Of a DNA stretch of 24,000 bases, positions 22,940 through 24,000 are shown piece by piece. Where the stretch lies: NCBI RefSeq assembly GCF_034092465.1, contig NZ_CP139303.1, positions 686,865-710,864 on the forward strand, in the 5' to 3' direction. This DNA is from Prochlorococcus sp. MIT 1223 (GTDB taxonomy: Bacteria; Cyanobacteriota; Cyanobacteriia; PCC-6307; Cyanobiaceae). Below the pieces are notes generated by a model. That model made no database searches. It was given only the letters and a program-made list of their open reading frames with translations, and had not been told where the DNA came from. Position 1 is the first letter of the stretch, and each line of letters opens with the position of its first letter. The translations under genes were made by a program, and so were the position numbers.

Positions 22940-24000
22940 GTGATCGGTTACATCTCAGACAATTTACTAATTCCTATTCTAGATTTCTTCTATGGATTGG
23001 TACCAAGCTATGGCTTAGCCATAGTCGCGTTAACAATAGTTATTAGACTGGCATTATTTCCTTTAAGCGCTGGTTCTATAAGAAGTGCTCGTCGTATGAA
23101 AATAGCGCAGCCTGTCATGCAAAAGCGTCAGGCTGAAATTAAAAGTCGTTATTCCAATAACCCTCAAAAACAACAGGAAGAACTTGGCAAATTAATGAGT
23201 GAATTTGGAAGTCCTCTTGCAGGTTGTCTTCCTCTATTAGTTCAAATGCCGATTCTTTTTGCATTATTTGCAACACTTAGAGGATCGCCCTTCGCAGATG
23301 TTCCATATTTAGTAAATTTAAAAATTCTTCCTTCCGATCAAATTGCTGCAGTAGAACCAAAACCTTTTAAGACTGCAAAACACTCCATATTCATAACAGA
23401 AAAGGATCATTTCCCAGTTATTGCTTCACTTCCAGGTGGAACAAAAATTGGCACTGGAGATACAGTTAACATAAATCTTCAAACTCTAAGTGGAGAAAGT
23501 TACTCAAAAGCCCTTACTAAATATGAAAATGGCAAAAAGTTTCAAGCAAATTGGCGAGTAACCAAAGGAGAGGGTCTAGTAAAAGTAAATTCAGATGGGA
23601 CAGTAAATGCTATATCACCAGGAGATGCAACCATCGAAGCCAAAATACCTGGATTGGCAGCTAAGAGTGGATTTCTTTTTATAAAAGCGCTAGGTCAAGT
23701 TGGGTTTTATGTTAATGGTTCAATTAATTGGGATATTGCAATACTAGTTGGAGGCTTTGGATTAACTCTTTTACTTTCTCAAACCCTTTCAGGGCAAGGG
23801 ATGCCAGCAAATCCCCAGCAATCAACTGCCAATAAAATTACTCCTATAATGATTACAGGGATGTTTTTATTCTTCCCTCTACCCGCCGGTGTACTTTTGT
23901 ATATGGTTATTGCAAATATCTTCCAGGCACTTCAAACATTTTTATTAAGCAAAGAAGCTTTACCAGATAACTTGCAGAAGATTCTAGATGAACAAATTGC
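22940..24000 (+). CDS. yidC: Membrane protein insertase YidC/Oxa1/Alb3 family; 3'-truncated by the window edge
   Basis: Hand translation from GTG 22940 gives [71 protein letters not shown]...[18 protein letters not shown]... An in-frame stop lies at 22931-22933. Absent from the ORF track because it runs off the edge. Confidence 0.9.
   Translation, partial: MIGYISDNLLIPILDFFYGLVPSYGLAIVALTIVIRLALFPLSAGSIRSARRMKIAQPVMQKRQAEIKSRYSNNPQKQQEELGKLMSEFGSPLAGCLPLLVQMPILFALFATLRGSPFADVPYLVNLKILPSDQIAAVEPKPFKTAKHSIFITEKDHFPVIASLPGGTKIGTGDTVNINLQTLSGESYSKALTKYENGKKFQANWRVTKGEGLVKVNSDGTVNAISPGDATIEAKIPGLAAKSGFLFIKALGQVGFYVNGSINWDIAILVGGFGLTLLLSQTLSGQGMPANPQQSTANKITPIMITGMFLFFPLPAGVLLYMVIANIFQALQTFLLSKEALPDNLQKILDEQI

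Noticed and set aside
1-24000. CRISPR arrays, rRNA genes, IS elements or transposases, additional tRNAs
   Set aside because: No regularly spaced direct repeats of 25-40 bp, no rRNA-like conserved stretches, no transposase-like ORFs and no other cloverleaf-compatible sequence were seen on reading both strands.

Overview
The window looks like a low-GC marine picocyanobacterium, Prochlorococcus-like. This is inferred from gene content and synteny: SLH-OprB Som porin, futA/idiA, isiB flavodoxin, rpmH-rnpA-PH-yidC. No database search was possible.

Three blocks:
(1) 1-6600 is an accessory region. It holds the N-terminal 1078+ codons of a membrane-anchored giant TPR protein on the minus strand, which runs off the window and is therefore missing from the ORF track. 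Next comes a compositionally distinct ~3.3 kb cassette with a small Hin/resolvase-type serine recombinase, seven orphan micro-ORFs (four junctions are ATGA start/stop overlaps) and two sets of 11-bp-phased triple repeats. The cassette ends at the 3' end of tRNA-Ser(CGA).
(2) 6660-15650 is an iron-stress neighbourhood: futA/idiA, piuC, a small secreted protein, Som porin, glyQ, a ~1 kb apparently gene-poor AT-rich gap, several small membrane proteins including a PsbF (cyt b559 beta)-like paralog that lacks the heme-ligand His, and flavodoxin isiB.
(3) 15700-24000 is mostly core genes: an EamA-GT1-GT39 envelope operon, sppA, aroH, rpmH, rnpA, a PH-domain protein and partial yidC.

The best candidate for something undescribed is the tRNA-Ser-adjacent recombinase cassette with its phased repeats. 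The PsbF-like protein and a 27-bp perfect hairpin upstream of the porin are also worth a look. No CRISPR array, rRNA or recognisable IS/transposase was seen.
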